A model generated the notes under the pieces. The model did not search any database and was not told the origin of the DNA. It was given only the letters and a program-made list of their open reading frames with translations. The position numbers were made by a program, and so were the translations under genes. 64,000 bases of DNA, taken from NCBI GenBank assembly GCA_007693295.1, contig REDT01000264.1:146-64145 (forward strand). Reading direction: 5' to 3'. Below are positions 61,666 to 64,000 of this stretch, piece after piece. Within the stretch, counting starts at the first letter, position 1. Every line of letters starts with the position of its first letter. Source of the DNA: Balneolaceae bacterium. GTDB lineage: Bacteria > Bacteroidota > Rhodothermia > Balneolales > Balneolaceae.

Positions 61666-62163
61666 TTAGTTTCTTTCTGGTGTTTTGGTTTTTTCAATAT
61701 TTGGATCAAATCCTTCAAGAGGTTCCACGATCCATGTGGTATTCTCTCTGTAGCGTATTACCACTTTTTTTCCCGGCCCTACCCGGCCTTCTGTACTCCG
61801 TGCATTCCAGGAAACCCCGTCAAACCGGATTCTGCCACTGTTGTCCTTATCATTAATCTCCTGTATAACCTCTACAACCTGATCCATCGCCTCGTAGTCT
61901 TCGTCGGCATATTTGAAAAAGGTTTCCGGCTTAAAGTACTTTTTGATAATTGGCCTGATTGCAATCGTTAAACCGATGGATGAAAGCAGCCAAACTGCAG
62001 TAGCTGTAACCGGATCGGATAAAAATCCAAGAAACCGGAGTATCCCCACTCCTACCCCGCTAATCCCCAAAAAAAGCGCCACTCCGCCCGGCAGAATGGT
62101 CTCCAGGATCATCAGGGTTATACCTCCGGCAAAAAAAAGCCAGGTAAGAGTTTCCGCATCCAT
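61666..62163 (-). CDS. NfeD-like membrane protein (short form)
   Basis: Three TM segments then OB-fold GRIRFDGVSWNARS; typical SPFH partner; start at MDAETL. Confidence 0.88.
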   Translation of the reverse strand: MDAETLTWLFFAGGITLMILETILPGGVALFLGISGVGVGILRFLGFLSDPVTATAVWLLSSIGLTIAIRPIIKKYFKPETFFKYADEDYEAMDQVVEVIQEINDKDNSGRIRFDGVSWNARSTEGRVGPGKKVVIRYRENTTWIVEPLEGFDPNIEKTKTPERN

Positions 62164-62371
62164 AGCTATATCGAATAGGTTTATATTAATTGTGTAGATA
62201 GCCAATTTTTGGTTTAATTGCACAATGAAATTTATAAAATCAATACGTGAAATCGGGATAGAAAGATTCATTACAGGCGGGTTGGAATTTTAGTATCGCA
62301 TTTGAATTCATACGCCATTCATATTGATGGAGCAATTTGTAATAATTGGTAATAATTCAAATGGAGAACTC

Positions 62372-64000
62372 ATGAACCTGCTTTCACTTCTTCTATCCAT
62401 TCTTTTTTTAAATACAACATTTGAAATGAATCAGAGCCGTACCGTTGATTCACCTTCCGGTATACATACTGTCACTTTTGAAATTCCGGACGGCTATCCT
62501 CAATATTCCGTGGAAAGAGACGGACAGCCCATTCTCAATCCATCACTGCTGGGTTTTGAACTGCAGGGTGCACCTGATTTGTCAGGGCCGTTTGCGCTGA
62601 TTTCTATAGAAACCAGGACGTTTGATGAGACCTGGACTCAAATCTGGGGAGAAAAGAAACACATTCGCAATCATTTTAACGAACTGAAAATTGACCTGCG
62701 TGAAACCGGCGAATTAGAGAGAGAGCTTTCAATTATATTCAGAGTATTTGATGACGGTATTGGTTTCCGGTACGAGTTTCCTGAACAAGAGAATCTGAAA
62801 GAGTTTAATATTCTGGATGAATTGACCGAATTTAATCTGACCGGAGATCATACTACCTGGTGGATAGGGGCATACCAGTGGAACCGGTTTGAATACCTCA
62901 CCGAAGAGACTCCTCTATCCAAAGCTGACACGGTACATACGCCGTTTACAATGAGAACAGAAAATGGCCTTTACCTCAGTATTCATGAAGCTGCTCTGGT
63001 CGACTATTCAACCATGACTCTTGAGCGAACTGAAGGTTACTCTCTGAAAGCTAATCTAATGCCCTGGCATGACGGGATTCGTGTGCGAACCTCTGCACCA
63101 ACGGTAACGCCCTGGCGTACCATTCAGATTGCAGATAATCCCGGTGATCTGATCACCTCCTACCTGATTCTGAACCTGAATGAACCCAACAAGCTGGAGG
63201 ATACTTCCTGGATCAAGCCTGCAAAATATGTGGGAATATGGTGGGAGATGCACCTGGATAAATCAACCTGGGGACCCGGGCCAAATCACGGGGCTACCAC
63301 AGAGAACACCAAAAGGTATATCGACTTTGCGGCCGAGCATGGTTTTGACCACGTACTGGTTGAGGGATGGAATGTAGGATGGGATGAGAACTGGTACGAG
63401 AGCGGTGCCGTTTTCAGTTTTACCGAACCGATGGAAGATTTTGACCTGGAAGCTATGGCTCAATATGCCCTGGATAGTGGGGTAAGGCTAATGGGGCATC
63501 ACGAGAACTCTGCTACCATCGAACACTATGAGGCCCAGGTTGAAGATGGATTCAAACTCTACAATGAACTGGGAATACGGGCGGTAAAAACAGGTTATGT
63601 TGGCCATGGACAGGAGATCTTTTGGACAGATGAAGAGGGCTACAGAAACTATGAGTGGCATCATGGGCAGCATATGGTGCGACACCACCAGCAGATCGTA
63701 GAACTCGCTGCAGAGTATAAGATTATGCTGAATGTACATGAAGGTGTGAAGGATACCGGACTGCGGCGAACCTGGCCAAATTTAATGACCCGGGAGGTGG
63801 CCCGTGGACAGGAGTATAACGCCTGGGGTGAGGATCAGGGAAATCCACCCAACCATGTTCTCTACCTCCCCTTTACCCGTAATTTAGCCGGTCCATTCGA
63901 CTACACGCCGGGAATTGTGGACTTGTTATTTGATGAGTATAGGCCCGATAACCGAGTGAATCATACCCTTGCCAAGGAGCTGGCTCTCTACGTAGTGATC
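62372..64000 (+). CDS. Glycoside hydrolase family 97 (SusB-like alpha-glucosidase), truncated by the window end
   Basis: Not in the ORF track; signal peptide MNLLSLLLSILFL; WIKPAKYVGIWWEMH, HGATT, YIDFAAEHGF, VEGWNVGW, GLRRTWPN, GPFDYTPG. Confidence 0.93.
   Translation, partial: MNLLSLLLSILFLNTTFEMNQSRTVDSPSGIHTVTFEIPDGYPQYSVERDGQPILNPSLLGFELQGAPDLSGPFALISIETRTFDETWTQIWGEKKHIRNHFNELKIDLRETGELERELSIIFRVFDDGIGFRYEFPEQENLKEFNILDELTEFNLTGDHTTWWIGAYQWNRFEYLTEETPLSKADTVHTPFTMRTENGLYLSIHEAALVDYSTMTLERTEGYSLKANLMPWHDGIRVRTSAPTVTPWRTIQIADNPGDLITSYLILNLNEPNKLEDTSWIKPAKYVGIWWEMHLDKSTWGPGPNHGATTENTKRYIDFAAEHGFDHVLVEGWNVGWDENWYESGAVFSFTEPMEDFDLEAMAQYALDSGVRLMGHHENSATIEHYEAQVEDGFKLYNELGIRAVKTGYVGHGQEIFWTDEEGYRNYEWHHGQHMVRHHQQIVELAAEYKIMLNVHEGVKDTGLRRTWPNLMTREVARGQEYNAWGEDQGNPPNHVLYLPFTRNLAGPFDYTPGIVDLLFDEYRPDNRVNHTLAKELALYVVI

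Noticed and set aside
62164..62271. N-terminal extension of NfeD
   Set aside because: AT-rich divergent promoter region; the hydrophobic NfeD sequence begins at MDAETL
145..63739. Numerous 60-190 aa ORFs antisense or out-of-frame within identified genes
   Set aside because: They overlap well-supported housekeeping CDSs and show no recognisable motifs; treated as shadow ORFs

Overview
Core-genome window of an FCB-group bacterium, by gene content and protein style most like Balneolaceae/Rhodothermota (inference, not a database result). It holds housekeeping and metabolic genes: gntP, leuS, a C-N hydrolase, pckA, deoC plus two aldehyde dehydrogenases, ychF, nusB, tRNA-Val(GAC), dcp, a PAS histidine kinase, thrS-infC-rpmI-rplT-pheST-zapBA, ymdB-lolD, icmF, mscS, pncBA, tRNA-Ser(GGA), murQ, accC, crtB, lacI-purC, bioC/bioH-like genes, a trp operon with embedded trpS and a WWW leader-peptide attenuator, an nfeD-SPFH-SPFH operon and a GH97 gene running off the end. 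I see no prophage, integrase, intact transposase or CRISPR. The most unusual signal is non-coding: at least two families of small inverted-repeat elements, plus mini-palindromes nested inside them. Family A has CCCCTC/GAGGGG bipartite arms; family B has inverted heptamer arrays, and one copy is a regular array of C-GNA-G triloop hairpins. These elements occupy 6 of 7 trp-operon junctions, overlap stop codons, and in one case enclose a decayed four-helix-bundle-like gene. Other points are two probable non-AUG starts, LacI-type operators and two apparently catalytically dead enzyme homologues.
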